NCBI GenBank assembly: GCA_052034805.1
Contig: JBPOID010000005.1
Coordinates: 50,984-114,983, forward strand
DNA length: 64,000 nt
From: Candidatus Tayloriibacteriota bacterium
GTDB taxonomy: Bacteria; Patescibacteriota; Minisyncoccia; Phycocordibacterales; PALSA-1337
Direction of reading: 5' to 3'
Positions 26,393-37,161 of the stretch are shown piece after piece. Position 1 is the first letter of the stretch. Every line of letters starts with the position of its first letter. The notes beneath the pieces are model-generated. The model ran no database searches and was not told where the DNA came from. It saw nothing but the letters and a program-made list of their open reading frames with translations. The position numbers and the translations under genes are program-made.

Positions 26393-29104
26393 CTATTTTT
26401 GTACTTCTATTTCTTTTATGATTATAGGGCTTTCGCTTTTCTTTTTATTCTTTACATCAAATGAGAATTCATCTGTACTACCCTTTTTCATACTAACGAT
26501 TATAGTACCGCCCTTCGATATTCCTTGGGATATCATAAGTCCCGCAACTGGTGTAAGTATTTTGTTCTGTATAAGTCTCTTTAGAGGTCTAGCTCCATAA
26601 TGCGGATTGTATCCTTCTTTAGCGAGATAGGCCATAATATCATTATTTACTATTAGATTTATTTCTTTATCTTTTAATCTTTCTATTACAGTATTCACTT
26701 GTATCTTTACTATTTTTTCTATAGAAGACATATCTAGAATATCGAAAAGTATAATATCATCTAGACGATTTAGAAATTCTGGACGGAAATAATCCTTTAG
26801 AGAATTCATAACCTTTACCTTTGTTTCAGCATAATTCACCTTTTCAACTGTATTTGCATTTGAATTTGTATTTGAATCTATAGCGAAACCTATTTTTTCC
26901 ATTTTCTCTATGAACTGTGCACCGATATTCGAAGTCATTATTATTACTGTATTTTTGAAATTCACTACACGTCCCTTTGAATCTGTTAATCTTCCATTAT
27001 CTAATACTTGCAAAAGTATATTGAACACTTCAGGATGTGCCTTTTCTATTTCATCGAATAGTATTACAGAATATGGTCTATGACGAACAAGCTCTGTTAG
27101 ATTTCCTCCTTCATCATGACCTATATATCCTGGAGGTGCACCTATGAGTTTGGATACTGAATGTTTCTCCATGAACTCTGACATATCTACACGTATAAGA
27201 GCTTTTTCATCATTGAATAGGAATTCAGCAAGAGCTTTCGTAAGTTCTGTTTTTCCAACTCCTGTAGGACCAAGGAAAATAAAAGAACCGATAGGACGAG
27301 ATGGATCTGCTATACCTGCTCTTGAACGTTTTATGGTGTCTGAGATTTTCTTTACTGCTTCGTCTTGGCCTATTATTCTATTCTTTATTTCTTCTTCCAT
27401 ACGAGAAAGCTTTATAGCTTCTTCTTCAAGCATTCTATTTACTGGTATACCAGTCCAACGTGATACTACATCAGCTATATCTTGTTCGGTTATTTCTTCT
27501 TTTAATATTCTTCTTGAACTTTGTAATTTCTTTAATCTTTTATTTTTATTTTCCAAATCTTTCTCTAAAGCAGGGATTTTGCCATAGCGTATCTCTGCCG
27601 CTTTTGCTAGATCAGCTCTGGCTTCTACAGCTTCGGCTTCTATTCTTAGACTTTCTAAATCTTTCTTTATTTTCTTTATATCGGTAATAGTTTCTTTTTC
27701 ATTTTTCCATTTTAATTCTAATTCTGATGTACTTTCTCGAAGATCAGCTATTTCCTTTTCTATTTTCTGAGTACGAGCTTTTGCATTTTTATCTTTTTCA
27801 TTTTCTTTCTTTAATGCTTCTCTTTCTATTTCTAAACGCATTATTTTCCTACGAGTTTCTTCTAATTGCGGTGGCATATTCTCTAGAGAAATCTTTAGGG
27901 CGGAAGCGGCTTCGTCTATAAGATCTACAGTTTTGTCTGGTAAAAATCTATCAGAAATATATCTACTTGATAGATTCACAGCAGAGACTATAGCATCATC
28001 TGTAATTCTTACACCATGATATAGTTCGTATTTTTCTTTCAAACCGCGAAGTATAGCTATAGCATCTTCTATATTTGGTTCCGCCACATATACAGGCTGA
28101 AAACGACGAGTAAGCGCTGGGTCTTTCTCTATATGCTTCTGATATTCTTTGAGTGTCGTTGCTCCTATAGCGCGCAGTTCCCCTCGAGCAAGTGCTGGCT
28201 TTAACATATTGCTTGCGTCCATAGAACCCTCGGATGCTCCAGCTCCTACTAATGTATGTATTTCATCTATAAATAATATTATCTTTCCTTCTGATCTTTC
28301 TATTTCTCTCAAAATATTTTTTAATCTTTCTTCGAATTCTCCACGATATTTAGTACCCGCGATGAGAGATCCCAGATCAAGAGATACTAATTCTTTATCC
28401 TTCAATGATTCTGGCACATCACCTTGCGCCATACGTATAGCCAATCCTTCAACTATAGCAGTTTTACCAACTCCAGCTTCACCTATAAGTATTGGATTAT
28501 TCTTTGTTCTACGAGAAAGTATTTGTATTATACGGAGTATTTCATTATCACGGCCTATAACAGGATCTAATTTATTTTCTTTTGCAAGCTTTGTGAGACT
28601 TCTAGCATATTTCGATAGAGTTCTCATTTTCTTTGGCTTATCGTCTTCACCTTCTTTAGAATCTTTTAATTCCTGTATTATACTCATTACATTTTGTCTA
28701 TCTATTTTGAATCTAAGAAGAATATCTCTAGCTTGATTCTGTATATCGAAACATCCAACGAATAGATGTTCTGTAGAAATAAATTCATCCTTTAGAGATT
28801 GTGCCACCTTGCCCGCATGTTCTATTATCGATGCGAGTTCCGGTGTTAGATATATTTGGTATGAAGGAGAAAGTGTTCTTCCTGATTCTGGTGCTTCTAT
28901 ATTTTCTAATATTACATCAGTAAGAAGCATAGTATCTATTTCCATTTTATCTAGAATAGATGCAACCATACTCTCTTCTTGTAGAATAAGAGCACATAAT
29001 AAATGTACAGGATTAACATGATTCTGGCCTCTTTCTATAGCCAATTCATGTGATCTTCTCAAAGCTTCTTTCGCTTTTGTTGTGAAATTTGTTAATGGTG
29101 GCAT
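26393..29104 (-). CDS. clpB: AAA+ chaperone ClpB
   Basis: Clp N domain, two AAA modules (GEAGVGKT and GPTGVGKT), and a long coiled-coil middle domain. Confidence 0.9.
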   Translation of the reverse strand: MPPLTNFTTKAKEALRRSHELAIERGQNHVNPVHLLCALILQEESMVASILDKMEIDTMLLTDVILENIEAPESGRTLSPSYQIYLTPELASIIEHAGKVAQSLKDEFISTEHLFVGCFDIQNQARDILLRFKIDRQNVMSIIQELKDSKEGEDDKPKKMRTLSKYARSLTKLAKENKLDPVIGRDNEILRIIQILSRRTKNNPILIGEAGVGKTAIVEGLAIRMAQGDVPESLKDKELVSLDLGSLIAGTKYRGEFEERLKNILREIERSEGKIILFIDEIHTLVGAGASEGSMDASNMLKPALARGELRAIGATTLKEYQKHIEKDPALTRRFQPVYVAEPNIEDAIAILRGLKEKYELYHGVRITDDAIVSAVNLSSRYISDRFLPDKTVDLIDEAASALKISLENMPPQLEETRRKIMRLEIEREALKKENEKDKNAKARTQKIEKEIADLRESTSELELKWKNEKETITDIKKIKKDLESLRIEAEAVEARADLAKAAEIRYGKIPALEKDLENKNKRLKKLQSSRRILKEEITEQDIADVVSRWTGIPVNRMLEEEAIKLSRMEEEIKNRIIGQDEAVKKISDTIKRSRAGIADPSRPIGSFIFLGPTGVGKTELTKALAEFLFNDEKALIRVDMSEFMEKHSVSKLIGAPPGYIGHDEGGNLTELVRHRPYSVILFDEIEKAHPEVFNILLQVLDNGRLTDSKGRVVNFKNTVIIMTSNIGAQFIEKMEKIGFAIDSNTNSNANTVEKVNYAETKVKVMNSLKDYFRPEFLNRLDDIILFDILDMSSIEKIVKIQVNTVIERLKDKEINLIVNNDIMAYLAKEGYNPHYGARPLKRLIQNKILTPVAGLMISQGISKGGTIIVSMKKGSTDEFSFDVKNKKKSESPIIIKEIEVQK

Positions 29105-29155
29105 ATATAATATGAATATGGCTTATAATAATGACAAAAACCAAATATGTCAACG

Positions 29156-29977
29156 TTATCTTGATATAATTGGTATACTAGGTTTCAAAGCATTTATAGG
29201 ATAGAAAATGCTTTTATCTTTTTCTTTATTCTCTTTGAATGTCTTTGTTTCTATTCCTATAATTTCTCCAGAAATAGTAAAGAGTGGACTACCAATATCT
29301 ATATTAGAAGAATCAATAGAAGTAAATATAGGACTAACCAAGGTCAATGCATTATAAGAATTGTTTGATTCATTTACTGTTTTTATTATTCCCTGTTCCA
29401 AAGAGTTTATATTCTTACCATGAAGAGAGAATACTGATTGACCAAGCTTAACAGATGAAGCGAATTTCATAGAACTCAAATGAATAGAATCTTTCTTTTC
29501 TTTTGGAATATCCATAATAGCAAATACAATATCTCCATCTATCTGAGATTGGATAATATGAATAGATAATTCCGTACCATCATATAATCTAGCTACTGGA
29601 TCAGTGATACTATCTATAGAAGATCTATCAGCAAGTATTACACCATCGGAAGAAACTATAATACCTAAACCAGTTATAGAATCAGCATTACTGTCTTTTG
29701 GTTTTATTCTGACTATACTTTCTCCGACAACTTCTGCATTTATTGCTATTTGATCTTTATAATCCAGAACATTGGCAGTATTATCTGTATTTTTAGGATT
29801 TGAATTATCAGAAACAACCCTTTCTATTGTTCTCTCTACAACATTATTTATAGTTTGAGTTACTCCTGTAGGACTTTGATCCATAAGAGATACTGTAACT
29901 ATACCCGTAGCCATAGAAGTTACAAAACTTGTGAAAAGAGTTAGGAGTACTATTTGTTGTTTAGTTAAATGCTCCAT
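29156..29977 (-). CDS. trypsin-like (HtrA-like) protease-fold protein, possibly inactive
   Basis: GLGIIVSSDGVILAD and DIGSPLFTISGEIIGIE resemble the HtrA His- and Ser-containing boxes, but an Arg sits where the catalytic His is expected. It is membrane anchored. Confidence 0.45.
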   Translation of the reverse strand: MEHLTKQQIVLLTLFTSFVTSMATGIVTVSLMDQSPTGVTQTINNVVERTIERVVSDNSNPKNTDNTANVLDYKDQIAINAEVVGESIVRIKPKDSNADSITGLGIIVSSDGVILADRSSIDSITDPVARLYDGTELSIHIIQSQIDGDIVFAIMDIPKEKKDSIHLSSMKFASSVKLGQSVFSLHGKNINSLEQGIIKTVNESNNSYNALTLVSPIFTSIDSSNIDIGSPLFTISGEIIGIETKTFKENKEKDKSIFYPINALKPSIPIISR

Positions 29978-30044
29978 ATATACATATTATATATGTTAGC
30001 AACTACTCTCGCAAATTATACATATATATTTTATAATCATACCT

Positions 30045-30527
30045 ATGAACTTTGCTCTTGGCCCAATAGAGATAGTGATAATAGTACTATTTGTAATAGT
30101 TATAGTACTTTCCTTTTGCCTTGCAAATCTATATTCAAAATTAAAAAAATTACTATTAGGAAATAAAACAGAAAATATAGGTGATTCTATAGAATCAATG
30201 AATAAATCTATAAATGAATTAGGAATATTCCGTAAAGAATTAGAAAGTTATCTTACATTAGTAGAAAAAAGATTAAGAAAAAGCACTCAAGCAATACACA
30301 CCGTTAGATTCAATCCATTCAAAGGCACAGGAAATGGTGGAAATCAGAGTTTCGCCACAGCTTTTATAAATGAAGATGGAGATGGAGTAGTAGTATCTAG
30401 TCTATATTCTCGTGAACATGTAAGTATATTTTCAAAACCAATTAAAAAAGGTAATTCCGAATACGAACTAACCGAAGAAGAAAGAAAAGCAATAGATGAA
30501 GCGGTAAAAATAGTAAAAGTGAATTGA
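30045..30527 (+). CDS. DUF4446-like membrane-anchored protein
   Basis: TM segment, a coiled region, and RFNPFKGTGNGGNQSF, which I recall as the DUF4446 signature. Confidence 0.45.
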   Translation: MNFALGPIEIVIIVLFVIVIVLSFCLANLYSKLKKLLLGNKTENIGDSIESMNKSINELGIFRKELESYLTLVEKRLRKSTQAIHTVRFNPFKGTGNGGNQSFATAFINEDGDGVVVSSLYSREHVSIFSKPIKKGNSEYELTEEERKAIDEAVKIVKVN

Positions 30528-30619
30528 AAATTAATTTTTAATAATTTAATTTAATAAAGAAACCATTAAATAAACGCCCTAGTCAATGGTCGTTTTTTCT
30601 GATACAGTATACTATCAAT

Positions 30620-32137
30620 ATGGAGAAAAAGACCTTAAATACAAATATGACAAAAAGACCCCCCGTTATAGTAGTAATGGGCCATATTGATCATGGAAAA
30701 AGTACTCTTTTGGATTATATAAGAAAATCAAATATAGTAGCCAAAGAAGCCGGTGGTATAACACAACATCTAGGTGCTTATGAATTAAACCATACAACTT
30801 CTGACGGCAAGACAAGTGCCATGACTTTCCTCGACACTCCTGGTCATGAAGCATTCTGTTCCATAAGAGAACGTGGTGCCTCTGCCGCTGATGTAGCCAT
30901 ACTAGTAGTATCAGCAGAAGATGGAGTAAAACCCCAAACAGTAGAAGCATTGAAATGTATAAGAAAAGAAGAAATACCTTTTATAGTTGCAATAAATAAA
31001 ATAGACAAACAAGGTGCAAATATAGAATTAACAAAACAAAGTCTAGCAGAAAATGAAATATATGTAGAAGGATACGGTGGTGATATACCGGTTGTTCCAA
31101 TATCAGCCCTAAATGGTAAAGGCATATCAGAACTATTAGATATGATTACTCTCATCACAGATATGGAAGACTTGAAAGCCAATAAAGGAAATAAAGCAAA
31201 AGGCATAATAGCAGAAGCAACTCTAGATAATAAAAAAGGCATTTCTTCTACAATAATAATAAAAGACGGAACACTAGAAAGCGGAATGTATATAGTTTCA
31301 GGAAATGCATATTCACCAATACGCATAATGGAAGATTGTCATGGCAAATCCATAAAATCTGCAACTTTCTCAAGCCCCGTAAAGGTTATAGGTTGGAATA
31401 AAGTACCAACCGTGGGAGCAGACTTTATATCTCTAGATGATAAAAAAGAAGCAGAATTATTAGCTTCTCAATACAAAGAAGAATTAGATGATGAAATAAT
31501 AAATATAAAAGAAAGCGAAAACTCTGTAATAATTCCTCTTATAATCAAAGCCGATACAACAGGAAGTCTAGATGGTATAAAGCATGAATTAGGCAAAATA
31601 AAGAATGAGAAAGTAAAGATAAAAATAATAAGCGAAGGAATAGGAAATATAAATGAAAGCGATGTAAAGAAAGCTCAAAGTAATGACAAAATCATTATAC
31701 TATCATTCAATGCAAAGCCAGATGCAAAAGCAAAAAGTATATTAGAAAGAGGCACAATACAGATGAAATCATTCGATATTATCTATAACCTTACAGAATT
31801 CGTAAAAAATCTAGTATTATCAAATATACCAAAAGAATATATAGACGAGATAAGCGGTACAGCAAAAATATTAATGGTATTTAGTAAAAATAAAGACAAA
31901 CAAATACTCGGAGGAAAGGTAGAAAAAGGAAGTATACTCATAGGAAGTGAAGTAAAGATATTAAGACGCGAAGGAGAAATAGGCCTAGGCAGAATAAAAG
32001 AATTACAACAACAAAAAGTCAAAGCAAGTGAAGTAAATGAAGGCTATGAATTCGGAGCTCTTATAGAATCAAAAATAGAAATAGCCAAAGGAGATAGAAT
32101 ACAATGTTTCAAAGTAGTAGAAAAGAAAATAATATAA
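30620..32137 (+). CDS. infB: translation initiation factor IF-2 (short form lacking the N-terminal extension)
   Basis: G domain VIVVMGHIDHGKSTLLD...DTPGHEAF...NKID, followed by beta-barrel domains. Confidence 0.85.
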   Translation: MEKKTLNTNMTKRPPVIVVMGHIDHGKSTLLDYIRKSNIVAKEAGGITQHLGAYELNHTTSDGKTSAMTFLDTPGHEAFCSIRERGASAADVAILVVSAEDGVKPQTVEALKCIRKEEIPFIVAINKIDKQGANIELTKQSLAENEIYVEGYGGDIPVVPISALNGKGISELLDMITLITDMEDLKANKGNKAKGIIAEATLDNKKGISSTIIIKDGTLESGMYIVSGNAYSPIRIMEDCHGKSIKSATFSSPVKVIGWNKVPTVGADFISLDDKKEAELLASQYKEELDDEIINIKESENSVIIPLIIKADTTGSLDGIKHELGKIKNEKVKIKIISEGIGNINESDVKKAQSNDKIIILSFNAKPDAKAKSILERGTIQMKSFDIIYNLTEFVKNLVLSNIPKEYIDEISGTAKILMVFSKNKDKQILGGKVEKGSILIGSEVKILRREGEIGLGRIKELQQQKVKASEVNEGYEFGALIESKIEIAKGDRIQCFKVVEKKII

Positions 32138-32141
32138 ACCC

Positions 32142-32465
32142 ATGTCACAGAAAGATGAAATATTAAAAGAATTAATCAGAAAAGCTGCTGGAGAATTCAT
32201 ACAAAAAGAATCAAATTACACTTCTCTTATAACCATAACTGACGTAGCCTTGGCCGAAAGAGGAAAGCGTTCAAAGATATTCTTTACAGTATTACCAGAA
32301 GAAAAAGAAAAAGCCGTATCAGATTTCCTAAAAAGAAAAAGAAGTGAATTCAGAGAATTTTTCAAAGATAAAGCTCGTATGAGAGCTCTTCCCTTTTTTG
32401 ATTTCGAAATAGATAAAGGAGAAAAAAATCGTCAGCATATAGACGAAATCGCTAGGAGTCTGTAG
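32142..32465 (+). CDS. rbfA: ribosome-binding factor A
   Basis: 107 aa KH-like protein; the ITITDVALAERGKRSKIFFTV region is RbfA-like; sits directly downstream of infB, as is commonly conserved. Confidence 0.7.
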   Translation: MSQKDEILKELIRKAAGEFIQKESNYTSLITITDVALAERGKRSKIFFTVLPEEKEKAVSDFLKRKRSEFREFFKDKARMRALPFFDFEIDKGEKNRQHIDEIARSL

Positions 32466-32510
32466 AATGAATATAGAATAAAGTATTATATAAATCAATT
32501 GAAATCAAAT

Positions 32511-32584
32511 GGCGTAGTGGCGAAGTTGGTCAACGCGACAGTCTGCAAAACTGTTATGCGCCGGTTCGATCCCGGCCTACGCCT
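32511..32584 (+). tRNA. tRNA-Cys (anticodon GCA)
   Basis: Acceptor ggcgtag/ctacgcc, anticodon stem acagt/actgt with loop CTGCAAA, and T-loop TTCGATC. Confidence 0.8.
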
Positions 32585-32663
32585 CAAAATAAAGATAATA
32601 ATTCAATAGATTTTACATTTTCTATATATACGTGATAACATGATATAAATAAGAAATATTAAT

Positions 32664-32747
32664 GCCCGGGTGGCGTAATTGGTAGCCGCAGTAGACTTAA
32701 AATCTGCCGACCGTAAGGTCATGTGGGTTCGATTCCCACCCCGGGCA
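32664..32747 (+). tRNA. tRNA-Leu (anticodon TAA)
   Basis: Acceptor gcccggg/cccgggc, anticodon loop CTTAAAA, a long variable arm, and T-loop TTCGATT. Confidence 0.8.
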
Positions 32748-32815
32748 CATTTGATTAGTGTTATATAGAATACCTAACATCCCCCCAACAATCCAAAAGA
32801 TGTTAGAATATAGGC

Positions 32816-33535
32816 ATGTATAGAATAGTACATGGTTTCAGAATAACTAAAAAAAGAAAACATAAGAAAATATTAGGTACACTTTTATTATTATTTATAA
32901 TACTAATATCCAGTATAATATTCTTCTCATCAGGCGATTCTGCAAATATATTATTATCTAATCTATTACTATCATTATTTAGACTTGTTATAGCTTATTT
33001 TATATCTCTAACTTTAGCTATATTGATAGCCATACCGGTAAGCAATACTAGATTTGGAGATTTTATGATACCTGTTTTTGATCTATTACAGAATCTTCCT
33101 TCATTCGCATTAATTCCTATTTTTATATCTTGGCTTGGATATACAAATATTATGACAATAGTATTCGCCGCCACCTCCATCCTTTGGCCAATATTATTTT
33201 ATATATTACATGCCTTAAAGACAGCATCGAAGGATCAAGAAAATGCAGCGAGAATATTCGGTGCAAAAGGTATAAAGAAAGTATTATTTTTTTCTTTACC
33301 TGTATCCTTCCCTGCTATCATCACAGGTTCAATAGTCGGTTTCAGTATTGGCTGGGAAGCTATAATAGGAGTTGAGATTATAGGATTAACGAATGGCATA
33401 GGTTCATTTATAAATAATCCATCACATAATAACAATCTAGTGCTAGGTATATCTGCTTTACTTGTCATAGTATTTCTAATAAACAGATTGGTATGGATGC
33501 CATTATTAAAGAAATCACAATTATATGCAGAATAA
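32816..33535 (+). CDS. ABC transporter permease (SsuC/TauC-like BPD inner membrane component)
   Basis: 6-TM permease with an EAA-like loop; overlaps the downstream ATPase gene. Confidence 0.7.
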   Translation: MYRIVHGFRITKKRKHKKILGTLLLLFIILISSIIFFSSGDSANILLSNLLLSLFRLVIAYFISLTLAILIAIPVSNTRFGDFMIPVFDLLQNLPSFALIPIFISWLGYTNIMTIVFAATSILWPILFYILHALKTASKDQENAARIFGAKGIKKVLFFSLPVSFPAIITGSIVGFSIGWEAIIGVEIIGLTNGIGSFINNPSHNNNLVLGISALLVIVFLINRLVWMPLLKKSQLYAE

Positions 33536-34259
33536 AAATATAGCCGAAATAAAAGATCTTTCTTATTCATATATAAATGAAGAGACTAATGAACATATAA
33601 ATGTAATAAAGGATATATCTTTCCATATAAAAAGTGGAGAATTCTTGTCTATAGTTGGACCATCAGGTTGTGGCAAATCTACATTATTAGAAATAATTGC
33701 AGGATTAATAAAAGCAAAGCATGGAAATATAATTTTGAATACAGATAGAATATCATTTGTATTCCAGAATTTTGCCTTATTCCCTTGGCTTACTGTTAGA
33801 GAAAATATTGAATTTGGTTTAAAGATGAAAAATATTCCAAAAGCAGAGAGAAAAAAGATATCAGAAGAAAAAATAGAAGAAATCGGTTTAAAAGGTTTTG
33901 AAAATAAATATCCAATAGAATTATCAGGAGGAATGAAACAAAGAGTAGGTATTGCAAGAGCATTAGCTATAAATCCAGAATTATTACTTATGGATGAGCC
34001 CTTCTCAAGTCTCGATGTAATCACAGCAGAAAAATTGAGAGCAGAATTACTTGAAATATGGAAAAAATACAAAATGACAATTGTTATGGTTACACATCTA
34101 GTAGATGAGGCGGTAGAATTATCTGATAGAGTATTGATATTCGGTAAAAGACCTACATATATAAAGGAAACTATAACAATAGATTCTGTTAAACCTAGAG
34201 ACAAAAGATCTCATGAGTATTACAAGATAATAGACGATATAACAAATAAAATAGAATAA
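33525..34259 (+). CDS. ABC transporter ATP-binding protein (SsuB/TauB-like)
   Basis: Walker A GPSGCGKST, signature LSGGMKQR, and Walker B LLLMDEP. Confidence 0.85.
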   Translation: MQNKNIAEIKDLSYSYINEETNEHINVIKDISFHIKSGEFLSIVGPSGCGKSTLLEIIAGLIKAKHGNIILNTDRISFVFQNFALFPWLTVRENIEFGLKMKNIPKAERKKISEEKIEEIGLKGFENKYPIELSGGMKQRVGIARALAINPELLLMDEPFSSLDVITAEKLRAELLEIWKKYKMTIVMVTHLVDEAVELSDRVLIFGKRPTYIKETITIDSVKPRDKRSHEYYKIIDDITNKIE

Positions 34260-34367
34260 AGAAGGTGAATAAATGATCACACTTTAAAACTAAATTAAAA
34301 AGTATATACGCCCATAGTCGTCATTGCTAATTATCATTATTTCTGTTATATTTTTTCATGTATCTTT

Positions 34368-34440
34368 GTTTGTAAATGTAATAATGTAAATATGCGCCCA
34401 TAGCTGTTTTGGTAGTTAAAGACAGGATGAGGTGATATGA
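34368..34440 (+). repeat. first unit of a 73 bp tandem duplication carrying the tRNA-Lys upstream region plus a decayed copy of the tRNA 5' half
   Basis: gtttgtaaatgtaataatgtaaatatgcgcccatagct occurs at 34368 and again at 34441. The first copy continues as gttttggtagttaaagacagg, a degenerate version of the D-arm cagttggtagagcagatccc. Confidence 0.75.
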
Positions 34441-34466
34441 GTTTGTAAATGTAATAATGTAAATAT

Positions 34467-34539
34467 GCGCCCATAGCTCAGTTGGTAGAGCAGATCCCTC
34501 TTAAGGATAAGGTCGTAGGTTCGACCCCTACTGGGCGCA
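34467..34539 (+). tRNA. tRNA-Lys (anticodon CTT)
   Basis: Acceptor gcgccca/tgggcgc, D-arm TAGCTCAGTTGGTAGAGC, anticodon loop CTCTTAA, and T-loop TTCGACC. Confidence 0.85.
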
Positions 34540-34594
34540 CAAGTTTCAATAAAATTGAAACGAATATATAATATAATTCAGTTATATATTATAT

Positions 34595-34675
34595 GCCGAG
34601 GTGGCGAAATTGGCAGACGCACTTGCCTTAGGAGCAAGCGGGGTGACCCATGGAGGTTCAAGTCCTCTCCTCGGC
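34595..34675 (+). tRNA. tRNA-Leu (anticodon TAG)
   Basis: Acceptor gccgagg/cctcggc, anticodon loop CTTAGGA, a long variable arm, and T-loop TTCAAGT. Confidence 0.8.
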
Positions 34676-34819
34676 ACAATCTGATATAAAACCCATATAA
34701 ATACCCATTGACAAAAGGGTTATTTGATGTATAATTATATAAGAACAGGCATTTAAACCGAAGCTAAAGCTTAGGTTGAAAGTTGAAATAACAATCAAAA
34801 TAAGGGGAAAGAAAAGTTT

Positions 34820-35989
34820 ATGATTCGATCATGGATGGCTGAAGATGGGAGAACGATCTGGGCGGAAGCTCCGGATAAATACCCTCAATGGATGGTTGGT
34901 GTGGCCAAAATTGGGTTTCTAAATTACCTGAATCCCTTCGGAGAAAGGGTTATGTCAGAGAAAGAAGAGCTGAAGCCCGTCTCCAAGGGAGACAAGGACG
35001 GCGAAGACAATATCGCCAAAGCCGGTAACGTTTGGTACAAGCTCGAGGTCAGCAAGAAACTAGCCCTTAAGAAGGGTAAAAAATATATGGTAGAAATCAT
35101 GCCATATGAGATGCCCCCCGTCCCTGGACCAGGAACTACATCACCCACTCCAGTCCCAACAAAAGACTTGTACAGAGTGGACCTCTCGAGGGTGAACAAG
35201 GGAAAGAAAGGGTTTTGGCTTTTTCTATTCATTCTTGCAACCATCATTGTACTCGGAACAATCGGCTACAAGACCTTTCAGTGGTATAAAAACCACAAAA
35301 AAGAATCCGTGCCGATCATGGGTACAAACAGTGTAGGAAATGGCGTAGAACAATTGATCCAGAAAAACCTGGAAATGTCGGGAAAGATTGAGGAGTTGGA
35401 GAAGAAATTGGAAGAGCAAAGGAAGAAAAGCTCTACCAACTCATCGACTTCTTCTATTTATCCCACCCCACCGACGAATTCGACACCAACGAATCTGCCC
35501 ACGAGTGTTTCCCTCACCCACACTACAAATCAAATTGTAGTGACCAATATCAGTCAGGAAAGAGAAAGTCGGGAAAGGATTGATTCTGGCGGGCAAGTTG
35601 TTGTAGTGAACGGAGGTGGAAATAAATTCACCTTCCATAACTATAACGGTAGAAGTAACGGGGACACATACAACACATCACCAAAAGTGATGTGGCCGGA
35701 CGATAGCAGGCCAAATCGTCACTACCCTATTATGGGCGAAAAGGTGGATTTGCCACCTGGTGAAGATTACTGCTATTGTTACCCTACTACTGGAAAGTGG
35801 AGGGTGGACGTATATACTGATGCGGAATCAGTGAAAAGTGCCTACAATGTAGGCACCGAGCAAGAACCTAAATGGGTTCTAACGCGGGATTTCAATCCCA
35901 CTCAAACAGCAGTTGGGCTCAGACTCAAAAATCTGAGTCAAACAAAGATAAGTGTCACATTTGTTCTTACAAGGAAAGCAGGTCCTTGA
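34820..35989 (+). CDS. single-pass membrane protein with a coiled-coil and a Pro/Thr-rich linker (unknown function), GC-rich
   Basis: Central TM segment (FWLFLFILATIIVLGTIGY), then an EELEKKLEEQRKK coiled region and a low-complexity TPPTNSTPTN linker; about 48% GC by eye. Confidence 0.5.
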   Translation: MIRSWMAEDGRTIWAEAPDKYPQWMVGVAKIGFLNYLNPFGERVMSEKEELKPVSKGDKDGEDNIAKAGNVWYKLEVSKKLALKKGKKYMVEIMPYEMPPVPGPGTTSPTPVPTKDLYRVDLSRVNKGKKGFWLFLFILATIIVLGTIGYKTFQWYKNHKKESVPIMGTNSVGNGVEQLIQKNLEMSGKIEELEKKLEEQRKKSSTNSSTSSIYPTPPTNSTPTNLPTSVSLTHTTNQIVVTNISQERESRERIDSGGQVVVVNGGGNKFTFHNYNGRSNGDTYNTSPKVMWPDDSRPNRHYPIMGEKVDLPPGEDYCYCYPTTGKWRVDVYTDAESVKSAYNVGTEQEPKWVLTRDFNPTQTAVGLRLKNLSQTKISVTFVLTRKAGP

Positions 35990-36015
35990 GGAGCGAACTA
36001 CACTAGGGCATGGCG

Positions 36016-36049
36016 CAAGCCATGCCCTTTATTATTTTTATATATGATA
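36016..36049 (+). terminator. intrinsic terminator
   Basis: gggcatggcgcaagccatgccc followed by TTTATTATTTTT. Confidence 0.65.
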
Positions 36050-36201
36050 CTCCAAGCATTAAAAACGCCATTTTAGCTAATAATTTAAGGATATAAATGA
36101 TATTGACTTTATGTCTTATTTATGTTAATATAATAAGAGAAACAAAGAGATCGGTGTTAATAAACAAAAACACTTTTGACAACAAAAAACAGGAGACAAA
36201 A

Positions 36202-37161
36202 ATGAAAATGGTAGAAGAAAATAAGGTACCGAATGGACCGATGGTCCTCGGTATCACAGTGTTTCTGGCTATAATAAGCCTGACACTATTTGTAACAGGG
36301 GTACTCATAGAGATTCCTATGGAATTCTCTATCCCCCTTTCACTAGCCCTTGCAAGTAGCATCTTTTACAAAAAAGTGCTCGGCAATTTCCTAGTCATCG
36401 TACCGGAAAACAAAGCATGGATCATATCCAATGCTTTCAAAGACGAAGAAGTTTCTGAAAATAGTCTCACAGAGACTGGCTATAGAAATATCAAGGCTCA
36501 GAGAGAACTTCAAGCGGGAATACATTTCATATACCCTTGGGAAAGTAAAGCTGAGGAAATCGATATGAAATGGTTCAATTCCATCGGTTCCAAAGAAGAA
36601 GATGGTGGAAACTCTTACACTCTCAAGAACGGACGCACTGTAAAAATTGCGTGGCAAGTCAGAGTAGTACCACTTCCAGGGTTCTTGGTCAACTTCAATC
36701 GAAGCGACAAGAAAGACATCGAGAGAAAGGTAAGAGCTCGAGCCGAAGCCTTCTTCCAAGGATATATCGGTAATCTAGAACTTGTTCAATTTGGAAATGA
36801 ACAAAAGAAAGACATCGAAAAAGCCTTCGAAAATCTATGGGGTGGAGAATCTACTAAAGACGATCAAGAAAAAGAGCTTGGAGTCTGGACTGGTACACCC
36901 GAAGTATTTGATATCAGCAATCCTAAAGATGTTGAGATTCAAATGAACTGGGAAGCCATAATGTTGTCTACCACAACAATTGCAAAGAGAATGGTAGAGG
37001 AATCTGGAAACAAGATGTCCTTCCAAGATGCTATGAGATTGGCTCTAATAGGCCAAGGCAAAGCAAAAATGGAAATGGTGGATGTTGTGGGCCTCCTCGG
37101 AGGAGGAGGTAAAAAAGATCAACAGCAACAACAAAGACAGCCTAAAAAAGGAGGTAAGTGA
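36202..37161 (+). CDS. SPFH/Band-7 (stomatin/HflK-like) domain membrane protein
   Basis: Start moved to the ATG preceded by aggaga (MKMVEEN...). N-terminal TM, then IVPENKAWIISNAF...AGIHFIYPW...RVVPLPGFLVNF, resembling the SPFH core, and a C-terminal coiled/Gly-Gln-rich tail. Confidence 0.45.
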   Translation: MKMVEENKVPNGPMVLGITVFLAIISLTLFVTGVLIEIPMEFSIPLSLALASSIFYKKVLGNFLVIVPENKAWIISNAFKDEEVSENSLTETGYRNIKAQRELQAGIHFIYPWESKAEEIDMKWFNSIGSKEEDGGNSYTLKNGRTVKIAWQVRVVPLPGFLVNFNRSDKKDIERKVRARAEAFFQGYIGNLELVQFGNEQKKDIEKAFENLWGGESTKDDQEKELGVWTGTPEVFDISNPKDVEIQMNWEAIMLSTTTIAKRMVEESGNKMSFQDAMRLALIGQGKAKMEMVDVVGLLGGGGKKDQQQQQRQPKKGGK

